DNA from: Tubiluchus corallicola
Taxonomy: Eukaryota > Animalia > Priapulida
Assembly (NCBI GenBank): GCA_030141605.1
Contig: JAQGDQ010002387.1
Coordinates: forward strand, 62,001 to 126,000
Reading direction: 5' to 3'
Length of the DNA stretch: 64,000 bases
Shown here: one piece after another, positions 35,901 to 48,700 of the stretch
Numbering within the stretch: position 1 is the first letter of the stretch
Layout of the letters: each line of letters begins with the position of its first letter
Notes under the pieces: generated by a model
The model's input: the letters and a program-made list of their open reading frames with translations, nothing else
The model's database searches: none
Told to the model about the DNA's origin: nothing
Translations under genes and position numbers: made by a program

Positions 35901-38297
35901 GTGGTTTATATTTCTCTAGAATACAGGTTCGAACAAACCGGAACCCAACCTTCATGGCAGGTCCTACTCAAACAGGATGTCTATGGCAAGACTGGAATCC
36001 AACTCATTATCAAGGTTAGGCCTCTAAGATGAGCCACTGAACTGGCAGAGGCATCTTAGCTACATTCATATGTGAATGCATCATCTTTCTACGAGGTAAA
36101 CTACCAGAATCAACATGGCAAATGAAATCTCCCAGAGCAAGAATTGAAGTAGTTCACCCATCCAGTAAGTGAAATAACCTACTATAGCTGCAGCACTAAT
36201 TCTTAACATTAATTAGTTATCACACACAAAGCAGTAACCGCTCAGGAACACATGTCGCATATGGCTTATTATATACTACAAGTCTGCAATTATGGAATAT
36301 TTATTATTAAACCCAAGCAAGCAATCAAATACTATAATTGATGGGCTACAGTTTATACTCACCAAATGGTAGCGTCATCTTTTCTGGTATTCACAATTCA
36401 AATTAATGGGACAATTATTGAGCGGTTAATGTCTCAAAGACGTGATTAGAGTGCTTTATTTGCTTGCAGCATGACTGCTATTTGCAGTTTTTGCAGTCTT
36501 GTTGTCGAAATTTACTAAGCATTAACTGTGAACCTCCACATCAACTTATTTTATTCATACAAAGATAAGAGCTTAATTATTACTAATGAAATTATCTTAA
36601 CAAGTGCAGAAAAATTGTTAGTGAAGTGACCTGAATAACAATTTACTGCTCATATCATGTCAAAAATGCATATATTACCATCAGATATTTACTTAAACTG
36701 CCTATGATAAGAACTCCACCTATCACAACATTTTCAAGGCTATAACAACAACACAGACCAAGTATAACACTAAGGCAGAGAATAAACAGCGAGAGACAAG
36801 ATATAACAGAACACTGGCACTTTAACCCTACTGATTTCTTTGCCATGCCTGTTTTGTTAAATACAGCTGAGTCATGATTGGTTAGCATATTAAAAGTGCT
36901 AACAGTGTCACCAAACTGGTTTTTTAGTGTATACATTCAATCTGTCTGTCGACTTCAAATTTTCTTCATAATTGGAAAGTGGAAATTAATAGCAGTATTA
37001 AAATAGGTTTACATGTATAGGAAAAAATATGACTCTTCCATATGTAAAGTCTAAATGTTTAGAATATATAGGTCATTCGTACACTTTATAAGTTTATTGA
37101 CAAACAACACAATATGATATACAGCACAATGTACATAAAAAATCACACAAAAGCATCCCAGCATTCCATACACACTATGCAGTACATAGCCTATTATAAA
37201 ACACCGTTCAATTTCAGTTTGCTTACTCAACTAGTTTTTCTACTGACAATGTCATTACTTTTTTATTTTTTAATGCATGACATAGCAAAGTGTTTAGCTG
37301 AACATATTCTCAATTGCATTTGTCCTTGCACAAAAATTTCCTTTAATATTATATAGTCACACACATGTTAGTTACTAAAATAACAGAATTTATTATTTCA
37401 CCATCTCTAAAAATAGAAGCTGCAGATTTTAAATTTTGTGACACATGTAGTTAGTTCTTCTGAATATGTTGTTGTGAACTTACAAATAAGAAAATAGAAA
37501 ATTAATGCAGGCACACCCAGCTCTCTATGACCTTACATTAAATAATGACGCTGCCACTCTCTACTTGTCTTACATTTAATTTGAAGATGCCAGAGTAAAA
37601 GATGCCGTTTTTGGGTACTGATGCTGAATTTTGTCAACAGAGTCAATTGTATGATTCAGAGTTATATAATCATTTATCATCATTATATGCAATGTGAGAT
37701 GAATGGTTCACAAGAACAGACACAGTATCAGGAATTAGATAAATTAATGATACAGGCATACCATTTTCTATACGTTCTTTGTTACTTTATGACATTCATA
37801 GGCCTACCTGTTCTTCTGTCATATCGACTCCAATGATCTTGCCAGATTCACCAACCAGCTTTGAGAGTGCAAAACAGTCACGGCCCGAACCACTACCGAG
37901 ATCCAGCATGGTGGTTCCTTCTACAAATTCTGGCAAGACTATACCACATCCATAATACCTAAAAACAATGCAGATCTAAAGAACAAACCAAAAATTTGGC
38001 TTGTTATTAATATATTAAGAATCCAATAATCATGGGCAATATTAAAAAGTTAATTAGCTTAAATCAGCCATTACCTGTGTAGATTTGCCACCTATTTTAA
38101 AAAAAATTGAACATTAAGAAAATAAGTAACCTGCAGGTGACTTCATCATGTACAGCACTTAAAGCTTCACGCAGGTGTTTTGCTACTGGCACCTCAGGTG
38201 TTACACAGCAAGATGTTTGCAGTTCACTGCGTTTCTTCACCCTCTTTCCATAGTAGTCCTTCACATCAGTATAAGTTGACTCTACTGGCGCTGACAT
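26919..38297 (-). CDS. AS3MT: Arsenite methyltransferase, 9 coding exons, about 403 aa
   Basis: Phase-consistent minus-strand exons: 38297-38131, 37958-37808, 35748-35612, 32639-32570, 31677-31596, 29545-29414, 28411-28272, 27814-27704, 27140-26919 (1212 nt). Motifs: VKDYYG, LQTSCC, RYYGCG, SAM motif LDLGSGSGRDC, IIGVDMT, ISNCVVNLSPDK, GGELYFSDVY, LWGECIGGAL, YKGGITG. All four arsenic-binding Cys positions known from AS3MT are present. Confidence 0.95.
30358..31358. mobile_element. hAT-superfamily (Charlie-like) non-autonomous element, 1.0 kb
   Basis: TIRs CAGGGGTGTCCAAA and (revcomp) CAGGGGTGTGCAAA, 13/14 match; 8-bp flanks gcttatga and gcttacga (7/8), the TSD length typical of hAT. Confidence 0.85.
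30713..30860. repeat. Long inverted repeat (about 60-bp arms, AT-rich loop)
   Basis: ttgatctgtccagtcgtcttcttggtcatag...ttggttatttta pairs with taaaataaccaa...ctatgaccaagaagacgactgggcagaccaa. Confidence 0.9.
32341..32395. repeat. Degenerate (TTAGGR)n tract
   Basis: ttaggatcaggattagggttagggttgggttatgtttaggattagggtttagggt. Confidence 0.7.
32867..34771. mobile_element. Kolobok-like non-autonomous DNA transposon, about 1.9 kb
   Basis: ttaa|atggggaatatcaccaaaattaaattgagctt versus right-end revcomp ttaa|agggggaatatcatgaaaatcaagttaaactt; TTAA on both flanks; no transposase ORF seen. Confidence 0.7.
33880..33995. repeat. 57-bp tandem duplication
   Basis: ctaatgaacaacggttaaa...ttggtattaaaagtcttactgattta starts at 33880 and 33937. 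Confidence 0.9.
35958..36165. repeat. Dispersed repeat family copy 2 (SINE-like)
   Basis: Colinear similarity to 4319-4530 and 51075-51255; ends in cacccatccagt. Confidence 0.55.
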
Positions 38298-39480
38298 GGT
38301 GAAATCTGTCCAGGAAAAGTGTCAGTGACAATCGATGATGAGAACTAGCAAAAACCCAAACAAAAAAAGTTACAGTAAGGATGGTGATTGTCAACTGATG
38401 GACCTCTAGTGATTACAGTGTAAAATTTTGAAATCTAGAAAGTTAGGAGTACTTGGTGCAATGGCTAGTGTAAGTGCCCAGAAAGCAAAAGACCTAACAT
38501 TGGCATCCCAAAATTTTCCTGACTTTTAAACTTAGTAATGTTTTCATGCATTCAGATGATTGACTTCATACTATGAACTTATGTAGTGCAAACTGTGATT
38601 TCATACCTCTAGATAGCAGCTTATAGCAAAAACTTCAGTGTCTTGAAACTCAGCGTGCCTCTGTAGTGTAATAGTTAGTATAGTTAGCACAAATGCTTGG
38701 AAAATAGCTCTGAGGTCTTTTGTTCCAGCACAGGTGCAAAATTTTTCGGATTTCTAGTTTAGTATTGTTTTTGAGTGTTTATATAATTGATTTTGCACTA
38801 ATACAGTGTGGATTTGTTTTTGTGGTGCACTGTTGACAGACTTCTAGTAGTTTACAGTGCAAATTACTGAATCTGGAAAGTCAGAGTACTTCTGCGGGGT
38901 AAGGATTAGTATATTTGCCCACAAAGTATAAGGTCTAAGATTTATCCCAGTAAAGGTGCAAAATTTTTCAGGCTTTCATATAGCTTCTGGGTGTGCATAC
39001 GATTAGATGTTGGGCAAAAAAACCAAGAAACAGAACCCAAGAATTTACTACAGTTAGTTGAGCTGCCCATAATGCGACAATATCTCACCTTTGATTCACC
39101 TTCGCACCTACCCTATTATTATTTGCATTTCGACTTTAGTTTTGGTAGCCTCATTGCAAGGAACACAAAACTAGAGCATGGAATGCACCCAATTTAACTA
39201 TTCAGCATTTCGTACATCTGTAAAGACGGAAATTAGTTCTTCAGTGACGCCAGATAAAACAGTGCACGATGTATTGACAGGAGGTTCTTATTAATCTATG
39301 CAACATACAAAAATTATAATATTATACTAACAGTTGTTATTTTGCCCACCTGTTGTTTAATAATTTTATTAAACAATTAATAACACATTCAAGAAACTTA
39401 CATTCCAGATTCTTCCTACCTGTTTACACCAATTGTTCTTGCGGTCTTCTTATTTTTCCAGTAAAAAACTAGCCCCTCAA
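38298..39480 (-). other. Putative AS3MT 5' UTR with an intron
   Basis: Minus-strand acceptor (U-rich tract + ctag) before 38344; candidate donors at 39401 (gtaagt) or 39419 (gtagga). Confidence 0.5.
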
Positions 39481-39723
39481 AATCACGTGACAATGCACAC
39501 CGTTGTGTACTTTACCTCCGCAAGGGTTTCTGGTTCGGCAACGCTACTGCCCTCTTGTGGACATCTTCATTAAACTTTGCTTACTTGTTTATGTGTATTA
39601 CTTCTACGTTTTTTTTATAGTTGCAATGATTGTGTGTTTTGTACAATAACCACACAACAATAAAAAGTTTTAGTGTTTTACCTGAAGTACTGGTATCGGA
39701 TATGGTCTGACAAATAGTTTAGT
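39480..39723. promoter_or_regulatory. Putative bidirectional promoter between AS3MT and the PPM1H-like gene
   Basis: Divergent genes. E-box TCACGTGAC at 39483-39491, MRE-consensus TGCACAC at 39494-39500, CTCF-like TGTCCACAAGAGGGCAGTA (minus) at 39545-39563; local CpG enrichment. Confidence 0.55.
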
Positions 39724-42700
39724 ATGTTCCGTCCGTTCAAGCATGTCTGGAGTAGTGTCGTTTGGTCTTTTGGAAGAGGTGGGGCGAAGGAAGATAATGA
39801 AGGCTTGGTATCAAAATTTGAATACGGCCGCCCGGCTTTTCTCGGACTTAGTGCTGACGAGCTGCAAGTTGCTGCTGACCACTCCTTTCGGGCAATTATT
39901 GTTCCAAGAGAAATCAGTCGTTTACCATGGAATGCTGGTTATGCTGAGTATGTGTTTGAAAAAAATATTACTAATCGCAAATACACGTGTAAATAAGCAC
40001 AAAGACAATTAATAAGACAGTTACACTGATTAGCTAACAAGAAAAGTCCCCGTTAAAGCATTTGAATGAGAAAATATAGATTCCATTGCAGTTGTTCACA
40101 GAAAAATATGTTACGCACCATCGTGCTGAGCAAACCCTGATTTCTGTCTCTTGCACCAATCTCTCGTCCACTTAGTGGCTATACACTATATTGGATATGC
40201 TAGTTTGGTATCGTCAGCAAACTTGAGTAGCCGACTAACTACATTATCATCCATGTCATCTATGAAGATGAAAAATAACAGGGGTCTGAGGACACTTCCT
40301 TGTGGCACTCCTGATTGAACTGGGACTGTAGATGAGGCACAACCCTTGATTTCGACATATTGGAATCTGTCACTTAGCCATACCTTTATCCAGTTATGCA
40401 GTTGTGCTTGAATACCATACATGCCTCAAGTTTAAGCAGCAATCTTCTATGTGGGACTTTGTCAAATGCTTTCGCCAAGTCTAGGTATACTATATCAAGA
40501 GAACTAGTGTGATCCGATGTGGAAAATACATGTTCAAAAAACTCCAGTAAATTACTTGTCACTAACCGTTTCCTGAGAAACCCATGTTGAGATCTTTTAA
40601 AATAATTGTTAGATTGCAAATAGACAAGTATTGCATTGACTACATGCCTCTCCAGCAGTTTGCCAACAGTACTGGTAATTGCAACTGGCCTATAGTTTCC
40701 AGGTTTATTTTTAGGTCCCTTTTTATGAATGATACTAATGCGAGATAACTTCCAATTACTGGGAACGTCACCCGTAGCTAAAGACTCTCTGAAGATTAAT
40801 GTCAGTGGCTTGACCAGCAAATCAGCAGCCTTAACCAGTTTTTTTGGGTGAATTAAATCTGGTCATGCTGGTGCATTGGTTCTAGGTCCAAATAACAATT
40901 TGTGTACATCATGCTGAGTTATGGTAACATTACATAAAACTCCACCCCCTTCTAGGTACTAGGTAAATTAGTCAGTTTCTCTGTAATAGAAACACTCTGG
41001 AACTGGATATTTAGAATTTCCGCCATTAGTCATGGGGCAGATGTTGTTTCATTGAAAGCAGTAGTAAGTGGACCAACCTTAGGACGACTTGTTTTGTTTG
41101 CAATAACATACAGCCAGAAAGAGCATGCATCATCTTTGATATTTAAGGCTAGCTTGGTTTCAAAGTTTCGTTCAGCACATCGTATAGTCGCTTAAGTCAG
41201 CTTTGCCTGTCTCTTGTACGTCAAAAGGTCTTGATAATCAAGTGTTTGTTTATAGACTGTGTACAAATGCTGTTTATTCCTAACAGCTTTGTTGCAATTA
41301 TAATTAAACCAAAGAGGTCTGCTACCATTACTGGAGCTATATTTGGGTACATATTTATGAATAGACTTGTGCATTCTGTCTTTAAAAAGATTCCAACACA
41401 TGTAAACGTCACCCGAATGAAACAGGTGATCCCACGGGATCGATATCATTATAGTAGCAATAGATTCAAAATTGGCTTTGTGAAAATTGAAACCAGAATT
41501 TAGTGGCTTCTTAAGAGATAACTGCACTACAGTTTGCCAAGATATAACTGCATGATCTGATGTGCCAAATTCCTCTCCAGCCTCTAGGTTTTGTACAAAC
41601 AACTCACCCGGTACTAGTACTATATCAAGGGTAGTAAAGCCTCTTGTGGGGTCAACCACTATTTGATTAACGAAACGTTGTTGTGTAACATTAAGAAATA
41701 TACTAAAATTAGCATCCACCTTCAAAATAGACCAGTTTGTATTTGGAAGATTAAAGCCACCACAAAATAAAATTGGGTGAGCCAACAGCAGCAATATCAT
41801 GTATAAATTTAAATAAAAAGGAATCATTTTTAAATTAATGTTGATTTATAAAACCTTTGTTAATTTAACTAACATCTATTTGACTTATTAAAAGTTATGG
41901 TACAAAATATATGCACGAAAATTAGTAACCAAACATTACCACCAACAACTAGTAAAATACAAGTAGAAGATATATGGGTAAACATAAAAACATCAAACAA
42001 TAAACCATCAATTATATTTGGAACTATCTATTGACATCCTAATAAGTCAGTAAAACATTTCCATGAAGAATTGGAGAACATTCTAAGAAAATTAATTCCA
42101 GCAGCAAACAAGCTTATATCTGTGGAGACTTAAATATGAACTTGATACAGCATGAAGAGATATCATCTGTTTCCAATTGTCTTAACATGTTATAAGAACA
42201 TAGATTTCATCCGGTTTTCACTCAACCTACTCGTTTAACTTCCAATTGCCAGACTCTTATAGACCACATTTATACTAACAATATTCATTATCCCTTGATT
42301 ACTGACATAATATTACATGAAGTTGCAGATCATCTAGCTATCTTTGCAATAGCTAATTCAGCATATATCAGCAAAACACTCACAAAAGTTAAGAAAAGAG
42401 ACACACACCATTCCATTCTTCATAATTTTTTCGATAATCTTCAACTCTCAGTAACAGGTATTGACGCCCTTGATCCTTATGACAATAATGTAGCCTTCGC
42501 CTCATTCCTAGAAACCTTTAGACAAATGCTTGACAAACGTGCACCCACCTGATCTTTAACCTTAAAAAAGAAACTCTTTTCTTTTGTAAACCTTGGATCA
42601 CCACAGGTATCCTTAAATCTATTAAAACCAAAAGTAAACTGTATCGTTCGCACAAATTGTTTAAATTTGAATATAAAAATTTTTTATGAAGCTTACTCAA

Positions 42701-45700
42701 ATACTTCAAATTAAGCTCAAAAAGAAAGTATTATGATAATCTCTTGCAAGTGAACAAGAACAATGTTAAAAAAACATGGTGTACTAGTGTATTAAAAGTA
42801 AAAAATAAAAAGCATATCATTCCCTCTAAAATTGATATCAATGGTAGACTAATTGGTGATCCTTATGATATAGCCAACTGTTTCAATTGTTATTTTCAAT
42901 CAACAGGTACAAATATGGCTAAAAAACTCCACCTGCAAACTCTAGTTACCTTACATACCTAAATAAGTCCAACAATTCACTTTCTTCTACCCTGTCTCTC
43001 AAGAAGAAGTAAGCACAGCACTACATAAATTAGACATAAATAAGGCACTGGGTCCTGAAAATATCCCTGTTAAATTTTATCAGCTGGTAAGTCCTGTGAT
43101 TACTCCTATTTTAACACAACTAAGTAATATGCCCATTGCACAACGCAGCTTCCCCAACTGTTTAAAAAATTTCCAAGGTTACACCTCTTTATAAAACTGA
43201 TTCCCCACTCACTCCAACTAATTATAGACCTATATCTATCCGTTCACCAATATCTAAAGTATCTGAGCATATTATTTATGACCGACTAAATAATTTTTTT
43301 ACTCTACACAATATAACTAAATTTCAGCTTGGCTTCATCGACTGCATTTTCTACAGCAGGTTTCATTGAGAGCATGCTAAGCATACTTGACAACAAGTCT
43401 ATTACATGTAGGACATTTCTTGACTTGTCAAAGGCCTTTGACACTGTTCAACATGACATTCTCCTCAATAAACTCAGGCACTATGGAATTTGTGGGCCTA
43501 TCTTGGAATTAATCACATCATGCCTTTCAAACCACAAGAAATACACCAGCATTCACAACTCAAATTCAGATCTTCTTGAACGTGGTGTTCCTCAAGGTTC
43601 AATTCTTAGCCCTCTCCTATTTTTAATATACATTAATGACTTACAGTTTTCTTCCAATTTTAACACTCACCTGTTTGCAGATGACACGAGCCTCTTTCTA
43701 ACTGACACTAAACTGGTATGACTTCAAAATAGACTGTCCAAAATTGACAACGGGATGAAAGCTAATAAATTATCTATAAATTACAGTAAAACTAAATTTA
43801 TGTTATTTCCTAAGAACCTGTCTTTAACTGAAACTTCAGCATTTAAAATTCAAATTAGAAAGAATAATATAATCTCAAACAACATGCATAAAATATCTAG
43901 GTATCAACATAGATAATGACTTAAAATGGTGCATACACATCAGTACAATAACTTCAAAATTGAATAGGACTGCAGGTGTCTTTTCGAAATTGCGACATTC
44001 TATCAATGCACATACTCTTAAAATGGTCTACTACATGTTAATATATCCTTATCTTCAATATTGCATCCTTTCATGGCATAACCCAAACCAAAACATTCTC
44101 CAACCTCTAATCTCAGTACAAAACAAAATAGTAGAATTTGATACTTTTGCACATTACCGTGATCATGCAACACCTTCATATGCTAAACTGCACATACTAA
44201 ATATTCAAGACATTTACAAGCTGGAATTATTCAAAATAATGCACAACTTCAGTAACAACTCTTTTCCTGACCTATACACTAACTATTACACCAAGATTCA
44301 AGACATCCACACTTACAGCACAAGATCTGCTACAAGGGGTCATTATTACCAACCTAGATTGAATACATCACATGGATTAAAAGCACTACAACATACAGGC
44401 ACTAAATTGTGGAACTCCTTTCCACAAGATATATCGACAATACCATCTCTGACCACAGCCGTGAAAATTTTAAATACTACATGCGAACAATGTATCATAC
44501 AAATTAGACATCCTTTTACCTTCAATGTCTTTGTTCTTTTTCTCCTCCTAGACTCTCCAATTTTTCTACCTGGTAATTACTTAGCTTTCTTCTTTGTTAT
44601 CCATTTAAATTCTTTTTTCCTAGACTAACGTGTGTGTCTTTTCACCATTTTTTAATTTTTTTCTATAAGTGTGGCTTTTCTTAGTACTACTTAATATAAT
44701 ACAAATAACTGTTACTTACATTTCATTCTCATCAATACCCGAAACTAAACAAAATCTTCTTGTTTTCAACCAAACCATTTATTTCAAGCAGTAGTACATT
44801 GAAGATTACTATTTTCTTATACCTTAGTTTTTGTGACACCTTTGTGATTGTGTTTACTGATCGCAAAACATAATTTTCCTTGCCCCCCGTTATCATCCAT
44901 CTTATTCCAAAAATTATTCATAACGATTAACATGCATTTGAATTATATAATAAGCCTATAAAAATATATTAATATTATTTTTCTAGTGATGACCTGTTTT
45001 ACTTTGAGCCAAGCTACTAAAAACTAAATTCTGTAAACTAACAGTATATAAGGCAGACTCCTGTAGTCGTACACTGCCCTCACATGTTCTTCTGTTATAC
45101 ATAGTTTCATTAATGGCTAATATGTATTCTATCACATGTGTGAAATAACTATGTCTTATATCTTATATTTGTTGCAGGGTGATAAACTCTGGAAAATCAG
45201 TGAGAAATGAGGATCAAGCAGCTTGCGAAGTCTTTCAACTTGTTGATCCTGATGAGCTTCCATCTGCCACATCAAAGGGCAGAGTAGGGTCTAAGACAGG
45301 AAATGTGGGGCTTGATCCTGATGCATTTGCTAAACAGTTACTTTCCACAACAGCAGTATGTGTTTTTAACCTTATATTGTAAGCAGTTTAAGTTATACGC
45401 ATATATAATGAACATGTACAATTCGACAAAACAGTGCTTATTAATGATAAACATTATCAGAATTTGCTGACTTTGCTTATTTCACACGTTTAAGTTGTTG
45501 GAAGTGTTGCTAACAGTTTAGGCAATGTGGTGTGTTATTTATTTTGAGTGCATATTTCTTCTACAGTACATGCCGCTAGTTTCTAAGGAAATGTAAAATT
45601 TACATTTTCATATTACTATTACTAATATTCGTAATAGAACTATGCAGTTACATGCCCCATTCCACAATATGCTCTTTTAATGTTTATTACAAAGAACATT

Positions 45701-48700
45701 ATGAGTGCTGTCATTATCTGAATTAAGCAACAATTTGATTCTGATGGCATGGTTGACAGTTAGATTCTTGTAAATATTGAGTAGGCGGATGTCTAAATTT
45801 AGAAATGATAAACTTGCGCTTAAGATGGTGATGATAATCAATCTTGGAATTCTGTATATGTAGGATCACGAGGAGAGAAAAGTAGCATACTTTGCGGTAT
45901 TTGATGGTCACGCTGGTTCCGGGGCGTCTGTCTTTGCATCTCGATTGCTTCATTTTCATTTACAAGTATGTCAAATTCACTTTATAATATTTAATAACTA
46001 TCCTGTAAAAAGAGAAGTCATCAGCTAAAAACTGGAAGTGCAAGATTTAAGGAAAAGTTTTTCTTTTTAAGTTATTCTTGGCAGTACATTATGACATTCT
46101 GTTGCTGAGTTTTTGCATGTGCATCAAATAACATGCATGTTAGCAATTGCTCCTAATTTTTTGCATGATAATTGTACACGGACGCTAAAGGCAAAACAGG
46201 AAAAAATGTGGTAAACAAAGAATGCAATTTAACAAACGTTAGGTGATTTCTTATATGATAATTAGTCTTAATTATCTGTATCATCATTAGACACGGAAAA
46301 CTTACCAAGCAAATCACATAATCAATGCAGATTCTGATTATATCTGTATAATTTATCTGTATCATATACGTGTTTTGTATAATATACGTTTATCTGTATA
46401 ATATACGTCTTTTAAAATTTTCCAACTGCTGACTTTCCAACGTTGGCAAAAGTTAAGTGGGAATATATCTGAACAAAATTTGAATGTCAAAAATTTTTAA
46501 CTTTAGATTTTGCATGTTTATAAATTCATCTCTAAGCCAAATTATGACATTGGATCAAACATAACAATTAGTTGACCTACACCATCACCGATGCTCAGTC
46601 TTAAAATACGGTAATGTTAACTTTTTTATTACTAATTAACTGTATTAATGCTGCTACTTATCAATTTGTAAACATTTTCAGGAGAAATTGAGTATTGCCC
46701 AAGAGTTACTGTATAAGCGTCTACAGAATGGGGATGTCATATGTGACGAGATGATAAAAGACATGAATAGGTTGTTTCCGGACATTAAACACATCAGCAC
46801 AGATGAACTTGTAATAGGTGCCTTAGAACGTGCTTTCCAGGACATGGTATATTATGCATTTATAAGCAAATTATTAACAACTTATGACGAGTTAAATGTT
46901 ACTAGTGCTTTTTCCAATGACTTGCCTTTTTAAAAAATGTAAACATGCTTTGAAACGTCACCAGTGCATCCAACTGGCAACTTAATACTGAAAATTACTT
47001 AAACACTCAATTGAAATAATCCAAAATATAGGAATCGCTGGTAAGTGTCTTATGAAATAATATGCATTACTATGGTTTTTGAATATATACGTGTGTTAAG
47101 CAATGAAAGTTTGCTCTTTAATTATATGTACTGCTGACTGTTGGTGTGGTTTATTTTGTACATATAGTCATGTGTGTATATTGCCACAGAATTCTTTGCC
47201 AATTCATAATGGTTAGTAATTTCTTTTCTCATTTCTCTCAGGACGTACAGATTGGTGTAGAGCGTCATGTGTACAAGATTTCCGGAGGATGCACCGTAAT
47301 CGTTGCCATCTTTTTTCTTGGCAAATTGTATGTGGCAAATGCCGGTGACTGTCGGGCAGTGCTGGTGCATGCTGGGAAGACCCAGCAATTGTCACGAGAT
47401 CACTCTCCAGAAGCTGAACGTCAGCGCTTGCAATATCTGGTACTGTACTGTACCTCTCATTGCCTTTGCTAAAGAATTCCTATTTCATTACACTAAGAAA
47501 ATCTCTTAAAACGTGTCTCATTTTGTGACTTGAAGTCACACTAAACCTTCGCTATAATATAAACTTTTAAAACTTAAAATCCTACTTTCATTCCGACCAT
47601 TCAATTAATTTTATTATAAACTTGCTGTAAAAGTTGTTTCTTTTGATTTTTTACCACTTCATTGTTAGCGGTATTAAATTTGAAGAACTGCCATTTTTCA
47701 TTGCGCGAGATGAAGGATGTTATGAGTACAGTCATGAGGTCACCAAAGATCAGTAAAAACACAAATCGGTAACCAAAGACGCTTTCTGTACAACGTACAT
47801 CATTCTCGCTCACTCGCGCCAAAGACGCGAAACACGGCCATCCTTACGGCATGCATGCATTCAAAATTTGCCAGAAAAGGTAAGTTATTTAATAGATATG
47901 TCTCTTTTGTTTAGTAATAACTATGAATGCTTTGTGTAATCATAATAAAGTGTTAAAATCTTCCGTGTCTGTTGGGGTTATATTACTTAAAGAAACAGCC
48001 AACGGTGCAAACCCTCAGTTGTATTTTAATATAAACTTCTAAAAATATTGAAATTACTACGTAATATACGCCCATTAAGTAACTTGCTTAAAAATGCAAA
48101 GAAATTAAATCATTTGTGTCTCCTGCCAAGCAAGTCTTGCTGCAGGCATATTGGAAAAGAATGACATAAAACTGGTAGGAAGTATGAAGGACGCATTGTG
48201 GGTAACATAGTGGGCAGCTAGATTCATCAAGAAGCTGAAAATGGTATTATTAATCTCTCATTTAACATATTGGATTGTTTGTAGTTCGTAATAGTAGCTG
48301 CAGTTGCAAAAAAGTTTCCTGCAGCACCTTGCGAGATAGGTGTTTATATTGCATAGAAACCAGATGGCTTCATTTTTTGTTTTGGGACTTTATATTGGCT
48401 TTACTAATTACGCAAGGTGGTTATCACGATTTTACTGCTGAAACTTTCTAACATCTTTCTCAAAATAAGCTTGACTTCTCAATAGATCTGTCTTTTGCTT
48501 TAAACAACTGAGTGGCTAAATTACATAGCTGCGCAGTTGACTAATATTTATTTTACCAAGTTAATAACTGCTAAATGGGTTGGTTACATTCTTAATTCCT
48601 GAACAGCTAATTGATATTTATTGGGCACAATTGTAAGTAAGTAACAAAGTATTAATATGTCAGTATTAGTATTAGTTAAGCAGCTGTAAGTTCATCAACT

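Noticed and set aside
26919-38297. Selenocysteine (in-frame TGA) version of AS3MT
   Set aside because: All nine exons read through without TGA; every catalytic position is a normal Cys codon.
40186-44628. Functional or domesticated reverse transcriptase system
   Set aside because: Both RT copies have multiple frameshifts and stops; typical dead LINEs.
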